Below, piece by piece: positions 39,430-48,145 of a DNA stretch of 64,000 nt. The translations under genes and the position numbers were made by a program. The number at the start of each line of letters is the position of its first letter. Position 1 is the first letter of the stretch. Source of the DNA: an uncultured Thermoleophilia bacterium (lineage in GTDB: Bacteria; Actinomycetota; Thermoleophilia; UBA2241); the NCBI GenBank assembly GCA_963715985.1, contig CAVQSP010000011.1, forward strand, positions 192,001 through 256,000. The letters are read 5' to 3'. The notes beneath the pieces were generated by a model. The model was not told the DNA's origin. It was given only the letters and a program-made list of their open reading frames with translations, and did not search any database.

Positions 39430-40721
39430 GCGGTCCCGGCAGCCCCGTCTCGCGGACGCTCACACGCGCGCTCCGTCGCCACCTGGTCGGCCCCAGCCAG
39501 ACGTGGACGTTCTCGCCGCCGCCGCGTGACTGGAGGCCGCCGCGGCTCGCGCGCACCTCCGTCTACCTGCACGTGCCGTTCTGCCGCAACACCTGCCCTT
39601 ACTGCCCGTACACCAAGGTCCCGTATCGCCGCGAGCTCGTGGCGCCCTACGAGGAGACGGCGCTGGCGGAGGCCGGCTGGTGGGCGCAGGCGGTCGGGCC
39701 GGCGGAGGTGACCAGTGTGTACGTCGGCGGCGGCACGCCCACACTCGCGCTGGACAGCGTGGCACGCGTTCTCGAGCTCCTGCGCGAACGCTTCTGCGTG
39801 AGCGGCGACGTGTGCATGGAGACGAGCCCCGCAGACGTGGACGACGCCACCGTCGCCGGCCTGCACCAGGCGGGCGTGACGATGGTGTCGCTGGGCGTGC
39901 AGTCGCTGCAGGCACGGCACCTCGCCACCATCGGTCGCCGGTACACGCCGGCCGCCGCCGAGGAGGCGCTGGCGCTCCTGACCGGCGGCGGGTTCGCCGC
40001 CGTCAACGCCGACTTCCTGTTCGCGCTGCCCGGGCAGAGCGCCGCCGACGTGGTCGCCGATCTCGAGCGCGCTGCGGAGCTGGGCGCGACCCAGGTGACC
40101 GCGTACCCGCTGTTCACCTTCCCGTACACGGCCGTGGGCGAGTATCTGCGCCTCACCGGCGTGCGGATGCCCGGGCTCGAGGCGCGCCGCGAGCACTACC
40201 GGGCCATCACTGCCTGGGCGCGACGGCGCCGGTTCGAGCGCGTCTCGGTGTGGGGCTTTCGCCGCGGCACGGGACCCCGCTACTCGTCGGTGACGCGCGA
40301 CGGGTACCTGGGCATCGGCCCCGGGGCCGGCTCACACCTGCCCGACGGCTTCGTGCTCAACACGTTCGACCTCGACGCCTGGGAGGAGGCGATCGCAGCA
40401 GGCGGCCCGGCCGTGGCGCTGCGCCTGCCGTTCGCCGGCCAGATGAGCGGCTGGTGGTGGCTGTACTGGCGCATCTACGACACGCACATCCCCGCGGAGG
40501 CGCTGGACGAGATGCTGGGACCCGACGCCGCGAAGGCGCGCCGCTGGCTGGACGCGCTGCGAGCCGCCGGCCTGCTGTGCGCCCGCGACGGCCGCCTGGA
40601 ACTCACCGACGCCGGCGCGTTCTGGCTTCACCTGGCACAGAACCACTTCGCGCTCGCCTACGTGGACGCGCTCTGGACCGCCGGTCGCAGGCGGCCGTGG
40701 CCGGCCGCCCTCACCATTTGA
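39426..40721 (+). CDS. HemN/HemW-like radical SAM protein
   Basis: YLHVPFCRNTCPYCPY, YVGGGTPT, SLGVQS, YLGIGPGAGS. Confidence 0.9.
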   Translation: MSGPGSPVSRTLTRALRRHLVGPSQTWTFSPPPRDWRPPRLARTSVYLHVPFCRNTCPYCPYTKVPYRRELVAPYEETALAEAGWWAQAVGPAEVTSVYVGGGTPTLALDSVARVLELLRERFCVSGDVCMETSPADVDDATVAGLHQAGVTMVSLGVQSLQARHLATIGRRYTPAAAEEALALLTGGGFAAVNADFLFALPGQSAADVVADLERAAELGATQVTAYPLFTFPYTAVGEYLRLTGVRMPGLEARREHYRAITAWARRRRFERVSVWGFRRGTGPRYSSVTRDGYLGIGPGAGSHLPDGFVLNTFDLDAWEEAIAAGGPAVALRLPFAGQMSGWWWLYWRIYDTHIPAEALDEMLGPDAAKARRWLDALRAAGLLCARDGRLELTDAGAFWLHLAQNHFALAYVDALWTAGRRRPWPAALTI

Positions 40722-40848
40722 GCGTGCCGTTCGGCCCGCAGCGGCGCGCGGCCAGTCACAAGACGGCAGACGTTCAGCCCTGCGCGGGTGAACGGCAGGC
40801 ATCGCGCCGACGTCCCCCGCACCAGACGCAGGCTCAGAAGGGGAGGTC

Positions 40849-41322
40849 GTGATGCTCGCGCGCTGGACCAACGTACTCCTGGCGGCGGCCGCGCTGGCGG
40901 CCGTGGCCGCCATGCTCACGGCCGCCGTGGCCGCGTGTGGCGGCGCCGCCGCGTCGTCGGTGTCGCCCTCCTCCTCCGGACCGGCTGCGCCCGCCGGCGG
41001 GCCGGCCGCGGGCACCAAGCTCGCCCCGGGCCTGTACGACCTCGAGGACGGCACCGTGCGCGCGGTCGGCACCGTGGAGTATCGCGACCTCGAGGGCGGC
41101 TTCTGGGCGGTCGTCGGCGGGACCGAGGCCGAGAGCGACGTGGGCAAGGTCGTCGCCGTCATCGTCAACGGCGCCGACTACCAGGAGCTCTTCGCGCAGA
41201 ACGAGGGCCTCTCGTTCCTCATCGACGGGACCCGCGCGGAGGGCGCATCCACACGCATGGCCGGCCCCGAGATCACGGCCACGAACGTGACCCTCGCGAG
41301 CGACGCCGGCCCCGCGGAGTGA
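40849..41322 (+). CDS. Putative lipoprotein
   Basis: Signal peptide with VAAC lipobox; GTVEYRDLEGGFW motif. Confidence 0.7.
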   Translation: MMLARWTNVLLAAAALAAVAAMLTAAVAACGGAAASSVSPSSSGPAAPAGGPAAGTKLAPGLYDLEDGTVRAVGTVEYRDLEGGFWAVVGGTEAESDVGKVVAVIVNGADYQELFAQNEGLSFLIDGTRAEGASTRMAGPEITATNVTLASDAGPAE

Positions 41323-41561
41323 CCGCGCACGCGGATCCGTGACGCAGGCGGCACAACGGGATCGTCTCCACTGCGGAAGACGATTTGCGGTTGCGCGAGA
41401 CTTTTCGCTTGTTTTGCTCTACACTGTGCGCCACGAGCCGACTGAAGGCTCAAGAGTTGGCGGCGTGACCTTGTTGCTAGACCGCCGGCGTTGTCAGCGG
41501 ATCGGCATCTGGTCACGTCGCTTTGTTAAAAGCCCTGCGGGGGCGGAAAAGGATGCGTCAA

Positions 41562-41765
41562 ATGGCAGAAGGCACCGTCAAGTGGTTCAACGCGGCCAAG
41601 GGTTACGGCTTCATTTCGCGGGAGGATGGTGACGACCTGTTCGTCCACTTCCGTGAGATCCAGGAGGAGGGCTTCAAGACCCTGGATGAGGGCCAGAGGG
41701 TCTCGTTCGACGTCACTCAGGGCCAGAACGGCAAGATGCAGGCGAGCAACGTCCGCAAAGTCTGA
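41562..41765 (+). CDS. cspA: Cold-shock protein
   Basis: [32 protein letters not shown]. Confidence 0.95.
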   Translation: MAEGTVKWFNAAKGYGFISREDGDDLFVHFREIQEEGFKTLDEGQRVSFDVTQGQNGKMQASNVRKV

Positions 41766-41788
41766 CGCCGTTTCACTCTGCGGTTTCT

Positions 41789-41822
41789 CGCGAAGGGCGG
41801 CCCCTCGGGGCCGCCCTTCGCG
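41789..41822 (+). terminator. GC-rich hairpin after csp gene
   Basis: CGCGAAGGGCGGCCCC-TC-GGGGCCGCCCTTCGCG perfect inverted repeat. Confidence 0.7.
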
Positions 41823-41857
41823 TCTCTGGGCTCGGCTGACGGCGGCGCTCCGGTAAG

Positions 41858-42580
41858 ATGCCCGTCATGAGACTCTCGCGCGCCCCCGTCGACGGTGTCA
41901 CCGTCGACGACCTGCAGTTCGCGGTGCGCTGGAGCCGGCGGCGGCGCACCATCGGCATCAGCGTCGCTCGCGACGGCGGGCTGCGCGTGCTGGCCCCCGC
42001 CGGCGTCTCCGCGCGCAGGCTGGAGCAGGCCGTGCGTGCCAAGCTCCCTTGGGTGCGCCGCAAGCTCGCCGAGTTCGAGGCGCTCGGTCCGCCGCCGGCG
42101 GCCCTGCGCCTCGCCGAGGGCGAGCGCCTGCCCTACCTGGGGCGCTCCTACGCGATCCACGTGGTCGGCGACCCGCGCGCGCCGTTCGCCCTCCGCCGCG
42201 GCCGCTTCGAGCTGGCGCGCGGCCGGGACGGCGACGCGCGCGCCGAGGTGATGCGCTGGTACACAGAGCACGCCCGCGCGCACCTCGCAGCGCGCGTCGC
42301 CCACTTCGCGCCGCTGGTCGGCGCCACTCCGGCCGCCGTCGTGGTACGCGACCTCGGCACCAGACGCTGGGGCGTCTGCAACGGGAGCACAGGCACGGTG
42401 AGCTTCCACTGGGAGCTGGTGATGCAGCGCCCGGAGGCCGTGGACTACGTGGTGGTGCACGAGCTTGCGCACCTGCACGAGCCGCACCACCAGCGCCCGT
42501 TCTGGCGGCGCGTCGAGGCCGTGGTGCCCGACTACAAGCAGCGGCGCGCGCTGCTCACGGCGGGCCGCAGGGTGATCTGA
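41858..42580 (+). CDS. M48/YgjP (DUF45) family metallo-hydrolase
   Basis: RRWGVC, DYVVVHELAHL, FWRRV...PDY. Confidence 0.88.
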   Translation: MPVMRLSRAPVDGVTVDDLQFAVRWSRRRRTIGISVARDGGLRVLAPAGVSARRLEQAVRAKLPWVRRKLAEFEALGPPPAALRLAEGERLPYLGRSYAIHVVGDPRAPFALRRGRFELARGRDGDARAEVMRWYTEHARAHLAARVAHFAPLVGATPAAVVVRDLGTRRWGVCNGSTGTVSFHWELVMQRPEAVDYVVVHELAHLHEPHHQRPFWRRVEAVVPDYKQRRALLTAGRRVI

Positions 42581-42648
42581 CCCGCCGGTGTGCGCTGTGG
42601 ACCGCCGCCGGGTACAGCTCTCTCACAAAGAGACCTGAGGAGGAGTCC

Positions 42649-43086
42649 ATGGCGATCCTGCACGCGGCCACCGAGATCGACGCGCCCGCCGAACGGGTGT
42701 GGAAGGTAGTCAGCGACCTCGCCGCCTACGCGGAGTGGAACCCGTTCATCGTGCGAGCCTCCGGCGAGGTGCGGCCCGGCGCGCGCCTCGACATCACGAT
42801 CACGGCCCCCGGCATGAAGCCGGTGAGCTTCAGACCCCGCGTGCTCGACGTGGAGCCGGGCCACCTCGTGCGCTGGAAGGGCGAGTACAAGGTACCCGGC
42901 CTCTTCGACGGCCGTCACGCCCTCATCGTGGACGCCCTGGACGACTCGCGCTCACGGTTCACCACGCACGAGGAGGTCAGCGGCATCCTCCTGCCCTTCC
43001 TCGGCAAGGTGATGGCGGCGTCGCAGCAGGGCTTCGAGGAGATGGCGCGAGCGCTCAAGGCGCGCGCCGAAGGCCTCGCGCCGTGA
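42649..43086 (+). CDS. SRPBCC domain protein
   Basis: EIDAPAERVW.VVSD...Y.EWNPF, PGLFDGRH, ALKARAE. Confidence 0.88.
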   Translation: MAILHAATEIDAPAERVWKVVSDLAAYAEWNPFIVRASGEVRPGARLDITITAPGMKPVSFRPRVLDVEPGHLVRWKGEYKVPGLFDGRHALIVDALDDSRSRFTTHEEVSGILLPFLGKVMAASQQGFEEMARALKARAEGLAP

Positions 43087-43388
43087 CCCGCCCCCGCCGG
43101 CCCCGCGACGAGCTCCGGGAGATCCCCGGCATCGGCGTGGCGATGGCGGCCGACCTGCGCCTGCTCGGGGTCACCCGCGTCGCCGACCTGCGCGACCGCG
43201 ACCCCCAAAGCCTGTACGCCGAACTGGAGGCGCTCATGGGCACGCACGTGGACCGCTGCGTGCTCTACGTGTTCCGCTGCGCCGTGTACTGGGCGGGGAC
43301 GGATACGCCCGACCCCGTACTCGCGCTGTGGTGGAACTGGAAGGACGGCGGCGAGGCCGAGCGGCGAGGCCTCATCCCTCCGGCGTGA
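43083..43388 (+). CDS. Helix-hairpin-helix (Cdd1-like) protein
   Basis: LREIPGIG.AMA.DL..LG, DRCVLYVFRCAVY, WWNWKD. Confidence 0.85.
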   Translation: MTRPRRPRDELREIPGIGVAMAADLRLLGVTRVADLRDRDPQSLYAELEALMGTHVDRCVLYVFRCAVYWAGTDTPDPVLALWWNWKDGGEAERRGLIPPA

Positions 43389-43828
43389 CGCGCCGCCACC
43401 ACCCGATGCGGCGGCGCACGCGTACGGTATCGAGCCGCCGCACCTCGATGCCGGCGAGGTAGTCCATCACGGCCTGCACCTGGTCGCCGGAGACGGTCCA
43501 GATGTGGAGGAACGGGATCGGCAGGACCTCCCACGTGCCGCGCGGGGCGCGTGCGGAAGCGGCCGCCGACCACGAGCCGCGAGCGGCGAGGGTAGAAGTC
43601 CCACAGGCGCAGCTCCGCGCCGGTGACCTCCCAGTGCGCCGGGAGGCCGCCGAACAGGTCCATCGCGACCACGTCGCGCGTCTCGTAGACGCGTCCCGTG
43701 TCGGCCAGGTCCTGGATCACCCACTCCGGCGCGTCGTCCTGCTCCTGGTGGAACATGGCCAGCACGTCGCGAGGGGCCCCCGGACCGACTGCCCGGTATC
43801 CGCGGCGGATGCGTTCGAAGACGTCCAT
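43372..43828 (-). CDS. SnoaL/NTF2-like hypothetical protein (frameshift near 43545)
   Basis: MDVFERIRRGY...LVVGGRFR / TWEVLPIPFLHIWTVSGDQVQAVMDYL. Confidence 0.55.
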
Positions 43829-43912
43829 GCAAGCGTTTTCCCCGCCGCGACGGCTGTGGTATCCTCTGCCTCCCGCGGAGGCGCACGGCACGCGCACGAG
43901 CCCCGCACCCGT

Positions 43913-43987
43913 GGGCGATTAGCTCAGCGGGAGAGCGCCCGCCTCACACGCGGGAGGTCGTTGGTTCAAATCCAACATCGCCCACCA
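43913..43987 (+). tRNA. tRNA-Val(CAC)
   Basis: GGGCGAT/ATCGCCC acceptor stem, CCCGC-CTCACAC-GCGGG anticodon arm, TTCAAAT T loop, encoded CCA. Confidence 0.97.
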
Positions 43988-44101
43988 CTCCCTCTCCGAC
44001 CGCTTCGTGGACAGCGCCTCTGCGCCGCATCTGCCACCCGGCTCCGGAGCGTTCATCCAAGCTGATGAACCTCCGGCGAAAGGGTTGCTTTCCGGGAACT
44101 T

Positions 44102-44117
44102 TGTGAATAGTGTCACG
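44102..44117. promoter_or_regulatory. CRP/FNR-family (or Rex-like) binding site upstream of acs
   Basis: TGTGA-ATAGTG-TCACG matches TGTGA-N6-TCACA at 9 of 10 positions. Confidence 0.55.
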
Positions 44118-44352
44118 CATTGGCCTAGCCCAAAGGAGCGAGGCGCTCGTTGCCGTCGTCCGGCCCGTCTGGCCCAGGACCGTGGGGCACCCCGGAGCGA
44201 CGACTGCAGACGCCACGCTGGCTGGTCCCGCCGCGCGGAACTCTGGTACCCCGCCGGCTGCGGACGAGTCCCCCACGCCCTACCCTGGGCACAGGCGCGG
44301 GAGCACATATCCAGCGAGCGGACCAGTGAAAGGTTCATGGGAGGTGAACAGG

Positions 44353-46308
44353 GTGGCTGACGAGCCGAAGGTCTTCCCACCGTCGCCCGAGTTCTCGAAG
44401 AACGCCTATTTCAAGAGCATGGACGAGTACGAGGCCACGTATAAGCGGTCTGTCGAAGATCCCGAGGGGTACTGGGCCGAGCGCGCCAAGGACGCGCTGG
44501 TCTGGACGAAGGACTGGGACACGGTCCTGGAGTGGAGCTTCGACCCCGTCCCGAGCATCAAGTGGTTCCAGGGCGGCGAGCTCAACGCGGCCTACAACTG
44601 CGTCGACCGCCACGTCGAGGCCGGCAAGGGCGACAAGGCCGCCATCATCTTCGAGGGCGACCCGGGCGACACGCGCACGATCACGTACGCCGAGCTCAAG
44701 GACGAGGTCAGCAAGTTCGCCAACGTCCTGAAGAAGCACGGCGTCAAGAAGGGTGACCGCGTCGCCCTGTACCTGCCCATGATCGCCGAGCTGCCGATCG
44801 TCATGCTCGCCTGCGCGCGCATCGGCGCCATCCACATGATGGTGTTCGGCGGCTTCAGCGCCGAGGCGCTCAAGGCCCGCATCGACAACTGCCAGGCCGA
44901 GGTCCTCATCTGCGCCGACAAGGGCTACCGCGGCTCGAAGAACACCCCCTCCAAGGCCAACGCCGACGTCGCCATCAGCGGCGAGACGACGGTCAAGAAG
45001 GTCATCGTCATCAAGCGCGTCGACGGCGACGTGCCGATGACCGAGGGTCGCGACGTCTGGTTCCACGACGAGATGGCCGCCGCCGACATCACGGCCGACT
45101 GCCCGCCGGTGCCGGTCGACGCCGAGCACCCGCTCTTCATCCTCTACACCTCCGGCTCGACGGGCACGCCCAAGGGCGTCATCCACAGCACCGGCGGCTA
45201 CCTGCTGTTCGCGCACGACACCTCGAAGTACGTCTTCAACCTCCACGACGACGACATCCACTTCTGCACCGCCGACATCGGCTGGATCACGGGCCACAGC
45301 TACATCGTGTACGGCCCGCTCGCCCTCGGCGCCACCAGCCTCCTCTTCGAGGGTCTGCCGACCTATCCGGAGCCGGACCGCTACTGGCAGGTCGTCGAGA
45401 AGCACAAGGCCACGACGATCTACACGGCCCCGACCGTCATCCGCAGCCTCATCGGCCAGGGCGACGAGTGGCCGATGAAGCACCCCATGGAGAGCCTGCG
45501 CATCATGGCCTCCGTGGGCGAGCCCATCGATCCCAACAGCTGGTTGTGGTACTACGAGAAGGTCGGCAAGGGCCGCATCCCGCTCTCCGACACGTGGTGG
45601 CAGACCGAGACCGGCGGGCACATGATCGCCCCGCTGGCCGGCGCCATGGCCCTCAAGCCGGGTTCCGCCGGTCGTCCCTTCTTCGGCGTGCAGACCGCCG
45701 TGCTCACCGACAAGGGTGAGCCCGCCGGCGTCGGCCAGGACGGCCACCTCGTCATCACCGCTCCCTGGCCCGGCATGATCCGCGGCACGTGGGGCGACGA
45801 GGACGGCAAGCGCTTCAAGGACGTCTACTTCTCGATGTTCAAGGGCTACTTCACCACCGGTGACGGCTGCGCCATCGACGCCGACGGCGACCACTGGCTC
45901 AAGGGCCGCATCGACGACGTGCTCAACGTGTCCGGCCACCGCATCGGCACCTCCGACGTCGAGGGCGCGCTCGTGAGCGCTCCCCAGGTCGCCGAGGCCG
46001 CCGTGGTGGGCTACCCGCACCCGATCAAGGGCACCGGCATCTACGCCTACGTCGTGCTCAACGAGGGTCAGGAGCCGAGCGACGACCTGAAGAAGGCGCT
46101 CGTCGTGCACGTGCGCAAGGTCGTGGGCCCCATCGCCACGCCAGACAAGATGCAGTTCGCGGCCACCGGCCTGCCGAAGACCCGCTCGGGCAAGATCATG
46201 CGCCGCATCCTGCGCAAGATCGCCGAGGGCGAGTTCGACAGCCTGGGCGACACCTCGACGCTGGCCGATCCGGCCGTGGTCGAGGACCTCAAGGCCAACA
46301 AGCAGTAG
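44353..46308 (+). CDS. acs: Acetyl-CoA synthetase (AMP-forming)
   Basis: YTSGSTGTPKG, DTWWQTETGG, GRIDDVLNVSGHR, LPKTRSGKIMRR. Confidence 0.97.
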   Translation: MADEPKVFPPSPEFSKNAYFKSMDEYEATYKRSVEDPEGYWAERAKDALVWTKDWDTVLEWSFDPVPSIKWFQGGELNAAYNCVDRHVEAGKGDKAAIIFEGDPGDTRTITYAELKDEVSKFANVLKKHGVKKGDRVALYLPMIAELPIVMLACARIGAIHMMVFGGFSAEALKARIDNCQAEVLICADKGYRGSKNTPSKANADVAISGETTVKKVIVIKRVDGDVPMTEGRDVWFHDEMAAADITADCPPVPVDAEHPLFILYTSGSTGTPKGVIHSTGGYLLFAHDTSKYVFNLHDDDIHFCTADIGWITGHSYIVYGPLALGATSLLFEGLPTYPEPDRYWQVVEKHKATTIYTAPTVIRSLIGQGDEWPMKHPMESLRIMASVGEPIDPNSWLWYYEKVGKGRIPLSDTWWQTETGGHMIAPLAGAMALKPGSAGRPFFGVQTAVLTDKGEPAGVGQDGHLVITAPWPGMIRGTWGDEDGKRFKDVYFSMFKGYFTTGDGCAIDADGDHWLKGRIDDVLNVSGHRIGTSDVEGALVSAPQVAEAAVVGYPHPIKGTGIYAYVVLNEGQEPSDDLKKALVVHVRKVVGPIATPDKMQFAATGLPKTRSGKIMRRILRKIAEGEFDSLGDTSTLADPAVVEDLKANKQ

Positions 46309-46332
46309 TCACACCACGCACTTCGCGTTCAC

Positions 46333-46377
46333 GCGAGAGGGCCGGCGGCCGCAAGGCCGCCGGCCCTCTCGCTTTGT
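46333..46377 (+). terminator. Intrinsic terminator
   Basis: GCGAGAGGGCCGGCGGCC-GCAA-GGCCGCCGGCCCTCTCGC-TTTGT. Confidence 0.8.
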
Positions 46378-46431
46378 GGCGAGCGCGCGGGCGCTGGGCC
46401 GGCCGGGCCGCGAGGGCGCGGCCGGCGCGGC

Positions 46432-47821
46432 TCAGGGGCTGGCGCTCGCCGACGGCGTCTCCGACGGCGTGACCGGGCCCGTGGACACGGTGATCTTCAC
46501 CGCGCTGCCGGCCTGGGCCACGACGCCCGCACGACGGCGACTGCGTTCGCGACCTCGCCGGCCGGCGAGAGGCCCGACTCCTGGCCGTCACCAGGCTGTG
46601 AACCCGGCCCGCTGCAGCAGCTCCGTCGCGTCGTCCTGGCTCATGCCGACCACGTCGGGCACGGCCGCCGGTCGGCGGCGGGCTCGGCGAGGCGCCGCTG
46701 GAGACGGTCAGCGCCACCTTGGCGCCGTCTGCCGCCATGTCCCCCGCCGCCGGGTCCTGCGCCACCACCGTACCGGCCGGTCCCGCGTCGGTCTGCTCCC
46801 TCGTCACGGTGCCCACCACGAGGCCCACAGCCTCGAGTGCGCCGGCGGCCCCCTTCTCGGTCATGCCCGTGAGGTCGGGGACGGCGACCTTGGCGGCCGG
46901 CTCGTCCGAGGAGAACACGCCGCCCGCCCACGCGGCGCCCAGGGCGATGGCGGCCACCACCACGAGCACGGCCACCGCCCAGATCCAGCCGCGGTTCTTC
47001 GGCCTCTGCGGCTCCGGCTCGTACTGCACCTGCGCCGCGCCCAGCACGGCCGAGAGGTCTTGCTGGAGCTGCGACGCGCTCCCGCGGCGCCCCGGGTCCT
47101 TCTCCAGGGTACGGAGCACCACCTGGGCCAGCGCCGGGGGCACGGCGGGGTTGCGGAACTGCGGCGGCTGTACGACGCCGTCCAGGTGCTCGCGCGCCAC
47201 GGTGGCGGCGTCGGGGCCGTCGAAGGCCGGCGAGCCCGTGAGCAGGCCATAGAGGACGAGCCCGAGGCGGTACACGTCCGAGGCCGCGTCGCCGAACCCG
47301 CCGGCGGCCTCTTCCGGGCTCACGTAGCGGGCCCCGGCAGCCGGTGCTCCGGGGCGCAGGTCGGGCGGCGGCTCCGCCGCCGCGAGCCCCGCGCCGGTCA
47401 GCTTGACCGTGCCGTCGGCAAGCTGTACCAGCGCCTCCGGCGTCACGTCGCCGTGTGTGGCGTTCTGCGCGTGCAGCGCCGCCAGCCCGGCGGCGGCGGA
47501 GGCGGCCACCATGGTCGCCACCGGTACCGGCAGGGCCCCGCGCGCGATGGCGGCCGCCGCGTACGTGCCGCGCACGTCCTCGCTGACCACGAACACGTCG
47601 GGACCGTCGCGGCCGACGTCCAGCACGGCCGGCAGGTCGAGGTGCCGGGCGGCGGCCACGGAGCCCATGTGGCGCATGAACCAGTCGGGGTCGGCCGGCC
47701 GCACCACCGTGATGACCACCGGCCGGCCGCTCATGTCCTCCGCGCGGTGCGCGGCGAGCGCGCGGCCGGGCGGCAACGCCTCCACGAGGCGGTAGCGCTG
47801 CGCGTACAGGGGCTGTGTCAC
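46432..47821 (-). CDS. PknB-like Ser/Thr kinase-fold protein with TM and two PASTA domains; catalytic motifs degenerate (C-terminal frameshifts)
   Basis: YVSPEEA, SDVYRLG.VLY.LLTG, TM helix, VAVPDLTGMT PASTA repeat. Confidence 0.8.
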
Positions 47822-48145
47822 CGGTCACCTCCGGGTCCTGCGAGCGCCGCCGGCGTGAGTCCTCCCGCGGCGCGCGATGGTCTGGCGAGACCCCGCTCTC
47901 GGCGGGCTGCGTACTTCTTCCCAGACAGGGCGGAGACGACGCCTGTAACGTCCGGGGGGTGAACCCGGACCTCGCGCAGCGTAGAGTAGGCAAGGACTCC
48001 CGCGCTTCGACCAGCCGCGCAGCGGGCGGACCTCCGCCCGGGGCCGCGGCAGACGCGCGGGACGACCCCTCGGGCCGGCGACGGCCCGTCGTGGACGCGC
48101 GGTCCACACGGCGCACGAGCAACCACCGAAGACGGGACGAACGTC

